Part shown: in pieces, positions 50,798 to 60,684 of the stretch
Position numbering within the stretch: the first letter of the stretch is position 1
Layout: the number at the start of each line of letters is the position of its first letter
Assembly: GCA_965226375.1 (NCBI GenBank)
Contig: CBDDCX010000005.1
Span: forward strand, 32,001-96,000
Direction: 5' to 3'
Length of the DNA: 64,000 nucleotides
Source of the DNA: Longimicrobiales bacterium
Lineage (GTDB): Bacteria > Gemmatimonadota > Gemmatimonadetes > Longimicrobiales > Gaopeijiaceae
Made by a program: the position numbers and the translations under genes
The notes under the pieces: generated by a model
What the model was told of the DNA's origin: nothing
Database searches by the model: none
The model's input: only the letters and a program-made list of their open reading frames with translations

Positions 50798-51868
50798 CTA
50801 CAGCCCCGAAGTCGGCACAGGCACGGCCTCCAGCAACTTGTCCACCAGCTCGCCCGACGTGACACCTTCGGACTCGGCGTGGAAGTTCATCAGAATACGG
50901 TGGCGCATGACTGGATGTGCCAGGGCCCTGATGTCCTCGAAGCTCACGTTGTAGCGACCCTGGGTAATGGCGCGGGCCTTCGCCCCCAAAGTCAGGTACT
51001 GTGCCGCCCGAACGCTGGCGCCGTAGGCGATCCAGTTTTTCACGAAATCCGGGGACTTCCCGTTCGGACTTGGTCGACTGGCCCTGACCAGGCTCACGGC
51101 GTAGCGGAGGGCCGCATCAGGCACCGGGACCTTCCTGACCAGCCGTTGGAAGGCCACCAGATCGGGTCCCGTGATCGCGTGGCTGAAGTCCGGGTCCTGG
51201 ATCCCCGTCGTGGTGCGCACCACGTCCAGCTCTTCTTCCTCGGAGAGATGCTCGATGACTATCTCGAACATGAAGCGGTCCAGCTGCGCCTCCGGGAGGG
51301 GATAGGTCCCCTCCAGCTCGATGGGGTTCTGCGTAGCGAAGACGTAGAACGGCTCTTCCAGGGTGTAGGTCTCACCCTGGACTGTGACCCGGTGCTCCTG
51401 CATGGCCTCGAGGAGTGCCGACTGGGTCTTGGGCGGCGTACGGTTGATCTCGTCAGCCAGGACGATGTTGGCGAAGATCGGGCCGGGCGCGAACACCATG
51501 CTGCGTCGCCCCGTCTCGGAATCCTCTTGGATGATGTCCGTACCGGTGATGTCTGAAGGCATCAAGTCCGGGGTGAACTGGATTCTGGAGAACTTCAGAT
51601 CCAACACCTCGGCCACCGTGTGGATGAGCAACGTTTTGGCCAGGCCGGGCACCCCGATGAGCAGGCTGTTTCCGCCCACGAAGAGCGAGAGCAGCACCTG
51701 CTCGATGACCTCTTCCTGGCCGATGATGAGCTTTCGGATCTCGGACAGGATCTTCACCCGTCCTGCCTTCATCCGGTCGGCGAGGTCGATGTCGTCGGGG
51801 TTGTCGAGTGGAAGCTCATCCGACCCGGCTGTCGCGTCGACTGCTGCCTGTTCTTCGATGAATGCCAT
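50798..51868 (-). CDS. MoxR-family AAA+ ATPase
   Basis: GVPGLAKT, RIQFTPDLMPSD, LADEINRTPPKTQSALLEAMQE, ATQNPIELEGTYPLPEAQLDRF. Confidence 0.96.
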   Translation of the reverse strand: MAFIEEQAAVDATAGSDELPLDNPDDIDLADRMKAGRVKILSEIRKLIIGQEEVIEQVLLSLFVGGNSLLIGVPGLAKTLLIHTVAEVLDLKFSRIQFTPDLMPSDITGTDIIQEDSETGRRSMVFAPGPIFANIVLADEINRTPPKTQSALLEAMQEHRVTVQGETYTLEEPFYVFATQNPIELEGTYPLPEAQLDRFMFEIVIEHLSEEEELDVVRTTTGIQDPDFSHAITGPDLVAFQRLVRKVPVPDAALRYAVSLVRASRPSPNGKSPDFVKNWIAYGASVRAAQYLTLGAKARAITQGRYNVSFEDIRALAHPVMRHRILMNFHAESEGVTSGELVDKLLEAVPVPTSGL

Positions 51869-51998
51869 TTGGTGCTCCGTTCAGGCCGCGGATGCGGCCC
51901 GGTGACTCTTTGTCACAGTCTTGTGGTTTACGTTGTCCGCCTCAACCGCTTGCACGCCAATACCTCGATCAGTCGTTCCCCCGATCGCATCACTCATC

Positions 51999-52123
51999 AA
52001 TGACGAAGAGAATTGAGTCGAGCCCAAGGCGGGCAAGGCGAGGCGACTGAGGCGTACTCCAGTACGCCGCAGGGAGCCGAGACCGCAGCCCAACGCCGGG
52101 ATCGGCCGATTCTCTTCGTCATT
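51999..52123. repeat. 125-bp palindromic MITE/REP-like element
   Basis: Perfect 15-bp inverted ends aatgacgaagagaat / attctcttcgtcatt; central hairpin gcgtac-tcca-gtacgc. Confidence 0.75.
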
Positions 52124-53041
52124 TAGTGGGTCATGGCGTAGATCAAGTAATTCACACCCAACTTGTAGGCCTCGTTGGAGAGGTCGATCGGATACCAGCC
52201 GACGTCCGAGAACTCCCAGTACTCCCCGATGTCGTTGTTGTAGTTCGCGATCACGACCAGACGCTTCTCTGGATCATTGTCCTCGTGCAGGCCCAGGTAC
52301 ACGGGCCGTCCGCCACGAGAATAAGGGGGGAGGAGGGTGTCCAGCGACTCGATCCGGAAGAAGGAGTCGAAGATCGGGTGGGTCTCGTCGAGCTGCACGA
52401 ACTGGGAACCAGGGATCACCCTCTTCATCTGGGCGTCGAAGTTGTACCAATCGTTCCCCCGGAAGTCGTCGGCGATCATGAAGCCGCCCTTCAAGAGGTA
52501 GTTCTGTAGACCCAGGATCTCTTCGTCCGACGGATACCAACCGCCTGGCTCCGAGATGTACGCCAATGGGAAGCGCGTCAGCTCCGGATCGTCCGTGTCG
52601 AAGATGTTTCCCCCGTCCATATAAGGCCGGATGAGCGTCGTCTCCCGAATGATGTTCATGAAGTTCCGCTCAGCCCTGGGAAAGTCGTGCGCCCACCCTG
52701 GCTGTCCGCCGCGACCGCGACCCCGGAAGCTGCCACTCGTCAGTCCTCCTCCACCAAAACGTATGCGGGCGAAGGTGAACCGGCCGTCATAGGGTGTGTT
52801 GCCCGCCTGGGGTGTGTCATGCCCACCTGGGGTGTGTTGCCCCCTGGGGTGTGTTGCCCACCTGGGGTGTGTTGCCCACCTGGGGTGTGTTGCCCACCTG
52901 GGGTATGTTGCCCACCTGCGCGGCGATCCCGGCGTCCGCATCCGGAGCACCGACTGAACCGACGCCGAGTAGTGCCACGGATCCTGCCAGGGCACTTGCC
53001 ACACCCAGGGCCGTCAGCGTGAGCATCGATGCGCGGCTCAC
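52123..53041 (-). pseudogene. DUF4159-family protein, frameshifted within an 18-bp tandem repeat
   Basis: GTG start at 53041 (GTGA overlap, GGAGG) and signal peptide in one frame; domain FTFARIRF..WAHDFPRAE..GGFMIADDF..NDIGEYWE in another; span 919 nt = 3n+1. Confidence 0.8.
52790..52916 (-). repeat. VNTR, 7 units of 18 bp (QVGNTP)
   Basis: Plus-strand consensus tggggtgtgttgcccacc; unit lengths 18,20,17,18,18,18,18. Confidence 0.95.
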
Positions 53042-55710
53042 GACGTACCTCCGGCGCGAATCTCCAGCAAGAGGTCCAGCGCCTCTTCGTAGTTGGGCGC
53101 GATCTCGAGCGCGTACAGGACGGACCTGCGGGCATCCCGTGCCTGGCCGTCTGCCCAATACGCACGGGCCAATTGGTAGAGCGCTCCGGCCCTGTCCGTG
53201 GGCTCGAGCGCTACCACGGCTCGTCGCTCCCTCACCGCGCCGACCAGGTCGCCTCGCTCGGAGTGGGCTTCGGCCAGGCGAAGGTGCAGATCGATCTCGT
53301 ACGGATAGATCAACACTGCCGCGTCCAACGCCGCCGCCGCTCCGTTCACGTCTCCCATTTCGTTGAGCAGGGCCGCGTGTTGGAGGAACGCTTCATAGTG
53401 GCTCTCGTTCAAAGCGGTCTGTCGCGCCAGAGCCGCCGCGGCCAGCCCCGTTTCCCCTCGTTTCGTATGAATCTGAGCAAGGAACCAGTACGGGCTGTCG
53501 TTTCCCCCGTACTCCGGGAAAAGGCGCAGGGCCGCCCGCAGGTTTCCTTCCGCCGCGTCCAGGCGGTCCTCCTGGAAGAGGGCCACGCCTGCCGTGAGTC
53601 GCGCGCGGAAGTTGTCCGGGTTCTCACGGGCAAGGCGGGTCAGGTCTTCGATCGAGGTGGGCCGTTCCGACATGCCCGCGCTCGCGGCCGGAGCGGCCAG
53701 GGCGTTCAGCGCGGTCTCGTACCGGCCCTGAAAGTACTCGTCGAAGTCCCGGTCGAGCTCCTCCATTTCGATGCCCAGGAGACGCTCCACCAACACAGGA
53801 GTGGTCTCCCCGTCTCTGTAGCCGCGCAACATTTCCAGGATCGGCCGGAATCCCCAGCGGCTCTCGATAAAGTCGAAGACCAGCGACGCCTGCAGATATG
53901 AGTCCACCACCTGCTGGGGATACGACGGCTGCACGAAGCCTGCGTTCATCTGGCTCACCGGAAGCATGAGCCCCTCCTGGTATCGGCCCAGGAATCCGGG
54001 GGAGGGCTGATGGCCCCAGCCCGGTCGGGCCTGGCGCTGCTCGTGCACGGCCAAGCCCTCGGAGAACCAACGGGGGACCTCGTGCTCGCTAAGGCCGAGG
54101 TGGAAGACGTGAGCCATCTCGTGCCAGAGGACGGAGGCCCAGTTGAAGTCCCCCACGGGTTTGGCCGATGGCGAGTCCATGGCCACGACGCTCCCGAACG
54201 TTACGCCCAGGGCGCCGATGCCGGCCAGGCCCACGGTTCGCACCGAGAAGTCCGCATGGTTAGGGAAGACCTCGATCCGGATCGGCAGGGGTGGGGTGTA
54301 CCCGCCGTACCGTTCCACGAGAGACTCCAGAGCTTCCGTCGCGATCTGCTCGATGTAGGGGGTGAGCACCTCGGCCTCGCGTTCGTGGAGTACGTATTCG
54401 AAGCGAGGGTCGTCTTTCAGAACTTCGTAGTCCTCGAAGGTGTCGAGCAGGCTCAACGTATTGAAGAACCACACGCTGTACGGGTCACCTTCGAACGCGG
54501 TCTCGAGGCTGGCTCGTCCCTCCTCGATCCGTCCGAGCCGGAGTTGATTCACCCCCAGGATGCCGTGGGCTCTCCAGGACTGGGGGTCGAGGGCGATGGC
54601 CTCCGAAGCGAGGAGGGCAGCTTGATGGTACTTCCGGCTCTTCACGGTCAATTCGGCGATGTCGTTGTAGATGTCGCCGTACCCAGGGCTCAAGTCCCGC
54701 ACCCGGTCCCGCACTCTTTCGTAGTCACTAACCTCGCCGCGCAGGTAGTGGGAGGCAGCCAGGGCGCTCAGGGCTCCCAGTGAAACGGGGTTCACGTCGA
54801 GGGCCGCGTCTATCTCGGAGCGAGCCTCTTCATGGTTCTCCACTTCGAGGTGCAGCCAGGCCTTGAAGACGTGGCCGGCCGCGAGATTGGGGTTGCTCTC
54901 CAGAGCCTCCTTCACTCGATCCATCACCCCGACGGTGCCGTTGAACTTCATGGCCCGGGCCATGCCCAGGAGTGCCCTCGGGTGCCTGGGGTTTTGGGCG
55001 AGGACTCCCTTCAGGGACGCGTCAGCCTCTGTACCGTCGTACTTCTCCAGAAACAGCTCGCCCACGAGCACGCGCGCTTCCAGAGCGGTGGGATCGGCCG
55101 CGATCGCCTCGTCGTAGGCCCTGAGGGCGTCCTTGAAGAGCTCGTGGTGGGCGATGCCCAGGTATCGCACGGCCGTGGCGATCGCGGTGAGTTCTTTCGA
55201 GGAGAGAGCCGCGGCGTCGCTGTACAGATCGATGAACGAGTCGAACTCCGTAAGTGCGAAATCGCGATCCCCATACGTCCATTCGAGGATCGCCTGATTG
55301 AGGCGAGCCGTATGCCGGTCCCAAGCTCGACCCTCCCAGGCTCGCACGAAGTGCTCCCGCGCCTCTTCGAGACGGCCAACCTCGTACAGTACCTCACCGA
55401 TGGAGTTGGCCAGCTCAACGGAGAGCGCGTCGGGGGCCTTCGCTCCCTCCTTGATCGCCTCTTCGTAGCGGCCGATCTCCGCGAGCGCACCCAAGTAGCC
55501 AACGTACGCATCCAGGCGGGCCTCGAGCAGCACACCGGCGGGAGTCGCCTCTCCCGGGGCTGCCAACTCGCGGAGCGCCGAAATGGCCGCGTCGTACTCA
55601 CCGGATCGTAGCTGGCGCAGGGCTTGGTCGGCCATCTGCGAGTTGCCCTCGGCCCAGAAGCCGAGCTGGGCGACCATCGCGACAGCAACGAGTGGGAGCC
55701 AACGCCTCAT
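53038..55710 (-). CDS. Secreted TPR-repeat protein with central zincin (peptidase MA-like) domain
   Basis: Signal peptide, numerous TPRs, VLWHEMAHVF..VPRWFSEGLA (HExxH plus downstream Glu). Confidence 0.85.
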   Translation of the reverse strand: MRRWLPLVAVAMVAQLGFWAEGNSQMADQALRQLRSGEYDAAISALRELAAPGEATPAGVLLEARLDAYVGYLGALAEIGRYEEAIKEGAKAPDALSVELANSIGEVLYEVGRLEEAREHFVRAWEGRAWDRHTARLNQAILEWTYGDRDFALTEFDSFIDLYSDAAALSSKELTAIATAVRYLGIAHHELFKDALRAYDEAIAADPTALEARVLVGELFLEKYDGTEADASLKGVLAQNPRHPRALLGMARAMKFNGTVGVMDRVKEALESNPNLAAGHVFKAWLHLEVENHEEARSEIDAALDVNPVSLGALSALAASHYLRGEVSDYERVRDRVRDLSPGYGDIYNDIAELTVKSRKYHQAALLASEAIALDPQSWRAHGILGVNQLRLGRIEEGRASLETAFEGDPYSVWFFNTLSLLDTFEDYEVLKDDPRFEYVLHEREAEVLTPYIEQIATEALESLVERYGGYTPPLPIRIEVFPNHADFSVRTVGLAGIGALGVTFGSVVAMDSPSAKPVGDFNWASVLWHEMAHVFHLGLSEHEVPRWFSEGLAVHEQRQARPGWGHQPSPGFLGRYQEGLMLPVSQMNAGFVQPSYPQQVVDSYLQASLVFDFIESRWGFRPILEMLRGYRDGETTPVLVERLLGIEMEELDRDFDEYFQGRYETALNALAAPAASAGMSERPTSIEDLTRLARENPDNFRARLTAGVALFQEDRLDAAEGNLRAALRLFPEYGGNDSPYWFLAQIHTKRGETGLAAAALARQTALNESHYEAFLQHAALLNEMGDVNGAAAALDAAVLIYPYEIDLHLRLAEAHSERGDLVGAVRERRAVVALEPTDRAGALYQLARAYWADGQARDARRSVLYALEIAPNYEEALDLLLEIRAGGTS

Positions 55711-56726
55711 GAGCCCCCACCCACCCGAGCCTGAATCGCACGGTTCTTCAGGGCCAACTCGACGAGCAGGTCCTCGAGCGCGGTCTCGTAGCGCGCCTCC
55801 TCCATCTGGTCCTTGATGTCGGTGAGTTCGGCGACACGCTGCTCCAGGGTAGCCTTCTCCTCGTACAGCACCCTGAGCACGGGGTCGTCCGTGGACAGGG
55901 CCGCCACAGTCGTCGGGCTGGCTCCAAGGAACAGCGTGCCGGCAAGCGCCCCGTCCAGGCCCTCCTCCAGGTTCGTGCTTCCCTCACCGTCACCGTTGTC
56001 GTCCAGGAGTGCGTGCTCGGTCTGGATCCGGCCGTCGGCCTCGTACTCACGGGCCACCTCCGTGGTTGCGAACTCGAAGGCCTCGGACATGGATACGCGG
56101 CCGTTCTTGTCGAGGTCGGCTCCGTCTCCCGTGAACGCGCCCACGAAGTAGCCCGCGAAGACGGACTCGTTGCGCTCCATGCCCGTCTTGGTCGCGGTGA
56201 CGATGGCACGCCTCGGGCCAGAGAGGACCGAGACGAACCCGCCGCTGGCGCTGGACACGTTGGCGAACGAGACATCCTGATCGGACAACTGATCGAGCAT
56301 GAGCGCGAAGTCCTCTGCGGTCAGGTCGGGCCCGGGCAGGTTGAAGCGCGACTCTCCGGACGTGTAGCTGCCGTGTCCGATGAGCATGATGAACACGTGG
56401 TCGCCGGGTTCGGCCTTGGACGCGATTTCGGCAAAGATCCGTTCCACGTTGTCTCGGCTGGATCGGTCGGTGATCCGGGGATCGGCATCCGGATTTTCGC
56501 CGAGGTATACGATGTGGTCTCGGGGTACACCGAGCCTTTCCGTGGCGGCTTCGACGAAGGAGCCGCCCCACTCGAGGAAGCGTTGTCGGTAGGTATCGTC
56601 CCCGCCTAGGCCACCGATCACAAGGACATGCGTATCCTGCGCAGAGGCCGAATTCGGCATCGATGCCGCGCACGGTACGACGAGGCTCAAAAGGAGGGTG
56701 GTAACCCCGAGACGCTTCCGCCTCAC
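55707..56726 (-). CDS. Secreted protein, possible caspase/legumain-like fold plus EF-hand-like motifs
   Basis: GTG start overlapping the upstream stop; VLVIGGLGG, IMLIGHGS, NVSSASG, DLDKNGRVSMSE, LDDNGDGEG. Confidence 0.6.
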   Translation of the reverse strand: MRRKRLGVTTLLLSLVVPCAASMPNSASAQDTHVLVIGGLGGDDTYRQRFLEWGGSFVEAATERLGVPRDHIVYLGENPDADPRITDRSSRDNVERIFAEIASKAEPGDHVFIMLIGHGSYTSGESRFNLPGPDLTAEDFALMLDQLSDQDVSFANVSSASGGFVSVLSGPRRAIVTATKTGMERNESVFAGYFVGAFTGDGADLDKNGRVSMSEAFEFATTEVAREYEADGRIQTEHALLDDNGDGEGSTNLEEGLDGALAGTLFLGASPTTVAALSTDDPVLRVLYEEKATLEQRVAELTDIKDQMEEARYETALEDLLVELALKNRAIQARVGGGS

Positions 56727-59011
56727 ACCAGGCTCCTGTTCCTGCGGTAGCCCCACTCGCCGGCCATGAGGCTCAGAAGCAGGATCAGAAGGATGGGCAT
56801 ATCCCAAAGATCCCGTTCCTCCGTAAGCGTCACCCCCGCACCGGTCAGGCTGATGTCTTCTGCGAGCGATGCCACATTGTCGGGAGTGTAGAAGAGGCCC
56901 CCCGTCTCCTCCGCCACTCGGCGGAGCGTAGTACCTCGCATGCTCGCGTCGAAGTACTCGTCGTTGGAGGGGGCCGCCTGTACGTAGGTGAGCGCCGTGC
57001 CCAGCGTGTCCCCGGCCCGCATGGCCTGAACGGAAATTTCGTACAGTCCCGGCTCCGATGTCGTAAAGCTGGCATCGTAGCGCCCGTCCTGATCGACCGC
57101 CCAGTCCAAGGGCACAGTGAGTGAGTCTCCGCTCGGGCTCAGGACCGTGGCGACAATGCTGCCGTTGTTGATCTCTACGTACGCCGAGTCGTTCACCTCG
57201 GCCGAGATCGCGACCGCCTGCCCGGGCTCCACGACTTCTTGATCGCTCTGGGCGCCGACTCGGTGCGGCACGCCGTCGGACAGCCATCGCAGGAGTTGGC
57301 GCCAGAACGTCTCATGGGTCTGGTCTTCAAGGTCCACGTCAGCGTGCATCTGCCAGATCCACGAATCTTGGATGGGGAGCACGATGACCTTGCCGCGGCC
57401 GTACCGGTGGTAGGCCATCACGATCTGGGTCGTGCGGTCGTCCTCACTACCGCCGGTGAGGAGGCTAGTGGCTCCAGGTTTCAGGCGGGTTATGGGGTTC
57501 AGAGACGACACCGCAGGGAGGGATTCCCAAAGCTCTCTGACCTCATCGCCTCCATCTCCTCCGAGCTGGGTCGCTGGGTGGGTGAGTCCGGTACGCGTCG
57601 GGCTGACGAGGAGTTCGGTGAAGAAGGGTCGGCCGTCGCTCAGCTCGTCGTCCAGGAAAACGGGCAGGGCTTCCGCCAGAGGCGTGCCCTCGTAGCCCCC
57701 TTCCCGGAACGAATTGCGTCCTCCGAGCAGAAGAAGTCCTCCGCCCCGCTGAGACACGAAGTCCGCGATCATGTTGAGCTGGTCGTGGGTAAAGAAGCTG
57801 GCCTCGACACTACCCAGAATCAGGGCTCGGTACCGGAACAACTCCTCACGAGTCTTCGGAAAGCCGGCGGCAAGCTCATCCGCGTCGTCGACGTCGAGCC
57901 GAAGGAATTTGCTTTCGGCGGTCCGCTGGAGGACGACCACCTGAAGGTTGTCGTCGTCGGACACGGCGCGACGGATGAACTTTACCTCCCAGCGAGGCTC
58001 GCCCTCGAAATAGAGGATCTTTTCCGCCTGGTCCACCACGTCGACCAAGACCTCACGTACGTTGTTTCTGGTGACTCTTTCCCCGTCCTGAATCGGCACC
58101 CGAAACTGGAGTAGGCGCGGCCCGCTCTCGGAGACTTCGAGGCGGATGCGCGCGACGACCGGCTCTCCGTCTCCGGCCAGTGTCACGTCCTCGGTGGCCA
58201 TGAGGACCCCTCCGTCCTCTACCACGAGGGGGACCGTGTTCTGGGAGTAGCCACGGTGCGAGATGATGACGTCGACGACCAGGGACGTCCCTTTGAGCAC
58301 CGTCCGCGGGACCTCGACCCGGCTGACCTGAACGTCGGGAGAAAGGGTTTCCTGCCCGAGTCCGATCGTGTAGACGGGTATGTTGGCCGCCTGAAGTGGC
58401 AACAGTGACTCCGCGAGGGTTTCCCCCGAGTTGTCGGCGCCGTCGGAAATCACGACGAGGCCGGAAAGGGGAACACCCGCCAACTCCTCTTGAGCGCGGA
58501 CCATCGCTCTACCCAACTGTGTGCCCGTTCCCTCATAGGTCAGCTCCGACACGTCGCCTAGGCGACTCGACCCCCTGCTGAAGCGGAAGAACCGGAGGGC
58601 GAACTTGTCGCTGAGCTCGTTGAGTAGCTCGCTCCCCTCCGCTCCGAAGGTCTGCCCGATGAAGTCGCTGCGCGGAACACCGTCGTCGTCGGTGATCTGC
58701 ATGCTCTGGGAATCGTCGATGAGGATTCCAACGAAATTCCGCTGGGGCACCACCGACGTGAGAACCAGCGTCGGTTGGAAGAGAATGAAGACCAGAAGCC
58801 CGATGACCCCGAGTCGTAGCGTGGCCATGACGGTCCGGTCCACCGGCCGTGTATTACCCCGGGCAGCGGTGTAGGTGAGGACCGTCGGGATGGACAGCGC
58901 TGCCACCAGCCCGAGCACCGCCATGGTGGGCCACGGAGATCCGAAGGTAAACTCACCCTCTTGGAAAAGGAGAGGGCGGTACTTGAACAGGAACTCGAAG
59001 ATGCCCTGCAT
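56723..59011 (-). CDS. Membrane vWA plus class I GATase-like (DUF1355-type) domain protein
   Basis: LIDDSQSM, ISDG, ILYFEGEPRWEVKFIRR, GGGLLLLGG, YGRGKV, FWRQLLRWL, terminal EWGYRR. Confidence 0.8.
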   Translation of the reverse strand: MQGIFEFLFKYRPLLFQEGEFTFGSPWPTMAVLGLVAALSIPTVLTYTAARGNTRPVDRTVMATLRLGVIGLLVFILFQPTLVLTSVVPQRNFVGILIDDSQSMQITDDDGVPRSDFIGQTFGAEGSELLNELSDKFALRFFRFSRGSSRLGDVSELTYEGTGTQLGRAMVRAQEELAGVPLSGLVVISDGADNSGETLAESLLPLQAANIPVYTIGLGQETLSPDVQVSRVEVPRTVLKGTSLVVDVIISHRGYSQNTVPLVVEDGGVLMATEDVTLAGDGEPVVARIRLEVSESGPRLLQFRVPIQDGERVTRNNVREVLVDVVDQAEKILYFEGEPRWEVKFIRRAVSDDDNLQVVVLQRTAESKFLRLDVDDADELAAGFPKTREELFRYRALILGSVEASFFTHDQLNMIADFVSQRGGGLLLLGGRNSFREGGYEGTPLAEALPVFLDDELSDGRPFFTELLVSPTRTGLTHPATQLGGDGGDEVRELWESLPAVSSLNPITRLKPGATSLLTGGSEDDRTTQIVMAYHRYGRGKVIVLPIQDSWIWQMHADVDLEDQTHETFWRQLLRWLSDGVPHRVGAQSDQEVVEPGQAVAISAEVNDSAYVEINNGSIVATVLSPSGDSLTVPLDWAVDQDGRYDASFTTSEPGLYEISVQAMRAGDTLGTALTYVQAAPSNDEYFDASMRGTTLRRVAEETGGLFYTPDNVASLAEDISLTGAGVTLTEERDLWDMPILLILLLSLMAGEWGYRRNRSLV

Positions 59012-59033
59012 CAGGTCATTTCCTGCGGCATGA

Positions 59034-59918
59034 TCAGTGACTCATGGCGTACACGATCATGTTCACGCCCATCTCGTAGGCGTATGTCGAGTACTTGAGT
59101 GGATAGTAAGGGTTGTCCGCCCACTCCCAGGCGTCGCCCAGGTCGGTATTGAAATTGATGACCACCATGAGGCGGCCGTTCTCATCGTGGATACCCTTGA
59201 CCATGGGCACGATCCCGTCGCGCTCGTGGGTCTGCCAGCCGTTCACACCATTGGTGACGTTGGGCACCTGCATGATCGCCTCGATCTCATAAAACGTCGT
59301 GAAGATCGGGTGTTCGAGTGGCAGATCTACGATGGAATAGCCGGGCAGCACCAGCTGCATCTGGTACTCGAAGTTGGCCCACTCTCGAGATCCCCAGAAG
59401 TCGTCGATCACCAGGAAGCCGCCCGCCATGAGATAGCTCCGGAGGCCCTGGATCTCGGGGTCGGTGAGGGCCATACGCCCGACTTCGAGAGCGTAGAGAT
59501 ACGGGAAGCGGCGCACGTTCGGATCGTCGAGTCGCACCGGGTGCTCCCGTTCGTAGGCATCCAGGTTGGCCAGAAGCCGATCGATGAACGAGAGGAAAAT
59601 CTGGTCGGCCTTGGGATAGTCCGTCGCCCACGAGCGGCCCCGCCCGTAGAACCCGCGGCTGTATCCCGTATAGGCTACGCGCGAGAAGTAGAACTCGCGC
59701 GGGATCCCCTCGGCTTGCACCGCCGCATCGCCGGACATCTCGGAGCGCGACAGCTCCCGAGCCGCCGAAACGGTCTCAGGCGAGAGGAAATGAGTCGACC
59801 CCACATGACCCTCCCGAGGAAACTGGGGGAGCGGTTCGGGGGGGGCGCTGTTCAGGGTGGGAGAACCGGTGAGGAGCGTGAGCGTGGCCGCACTTATCAG
59901 AGACACCAATGCGCGCAC
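59034..59918 (-). CDS. DUF4159-family secreted protein
   Basis: Signal peptide; WATDYPKAD, FPYLY, GGFLVIDDFWG, HPIF, NTDLGDAWE, GVNMIVYAMSH; paralog of the 52123-53041 gene. Confidence 0.85.
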   Translation of the reverse strand: MRALVSLISAATLTLLTGSPTLNSAPPEPLPQFPREGHVGSTHFLSPETVSAARELSRSEMSGDAAVQAEGIPREFYFSRVAYTGYSRGFYGRGRSWATDYPKADQIFLSFIDRLLANLDAYEREHPVRLDDPNVRRFPYLYALEVGRMALTDPEIQGLRSYLMAGGFLVIDDFWGSREWANFEYQMQLVLPGYSIVDLPLEHPIFTTFYEIEAIMQVPNVTNGVNGWQTHERDGIVPMVKGIHDENGRLMVVINFNTDLGDAWEWADNPYYPLKYSTYAYEMGVNMIVYAMSH

Positions 59919-60164
59919 CGTTCACTCCAATCTCGTCGTCAACCCTCCCTTTCCCGGCCGGATCACTCGCACGCGCGACAGTGGCGTTCTGGCCGGGCCG
60001 AGGGGGATGTATCGGTACGTAACCCCCTGTTAAAGGTTCCTCAAAGAAAGCCGAGGATCCTACCGTCTGAGAAAGCTGGCGGTGGAGAAGCAAAACACGT
60101 AATAGATGCATAAGGTTGGCCTCGTCAAATGAGACTGAAGGCCGGAAGGCGACAGGGTATCCTC

Positions 60165-60530
60165 ATGGACCATAGAACCAAGGTCTCGATCCGAGACTTT
60201 GCCATCTTCCAGCTCAAGCTGTTGATCGATGGCCTCAAGGACGGCGCGGTGTTCACGGTATCGTTCGTCGCTTTTGCCGTCGACCTCGTCTTCAAGCGCC
60301 ACGGGAACCGCCGGTACTTCTACAAGGTCATGCGGGTGAGCGAGAAGTTCGACCTGTGGCTCAACCTTCACGGTGCGGCGGAGCGGGCCGAGTCGAGCGA
60401 TGACGGTCTCTTCGGGGTCAGCAAGGCGGGGAGCGACACGCTCCTGGGCACGCTCGAGCAGCTTATCCGAGCAGGGGACGAACCTCAGAAGAAGCTCGGC
60501 CCCGACGCCGACTTCAGGGACGAGATCTGA
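60165..60530 (+). CDS. Hypothetical protein
   Basis: Coding-like codon usage; IFQLKLLIDGLKD..FDLWLNL; one hydrophobic stretch. Confidence 0.6.
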   Translation: MDHRTKVSIRDFAIFQLKLLIDGLKDGAVFTVSFVAFAVDLVFKRHGNRRYFYKVMRVSEKFDLWLNLHGAAERAESSDDGLFGVSKAGSDTLLGTLEQLIRAGDEPQKKLGPDADFRDEI

Positions 60531-60684
60531 GAGGATCGAGCCGGCGGACCAGCCTATGGCTGACCCGCCGGGAGATGCGGGGGCCGTCACTGCACTTCTG
60601 AGAGGGTCGGGGGTAGCGTGAACCGTTCCTCCGGCTAGCTACCCTTTGGGCGGCGGCCAGACGCTCAGGCATCAAGAGGTCGCA

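Noticed and set aside
50798..51868. MoxR/vWA genes as NorQ/NorD for the NorB-like enzyme
   Set aside because: Over 30 kb away, and the motifs and DUF58/BatA partners fit MoxR-proper rather than the CbbQ/NorQ subfamily.
52790..52916. Possible CRISPR array
   Set aside because: Units are head-to-tail with no unique spacers, are 18 bp and codon-phased, and no cas genes are present.
55707..57287. 526-aa ORF as listed in the ORF track
   Set aside because: The first ~186 codons overlap the upstream gene; the GTG at 56726 with a signal peptide is the credible start.
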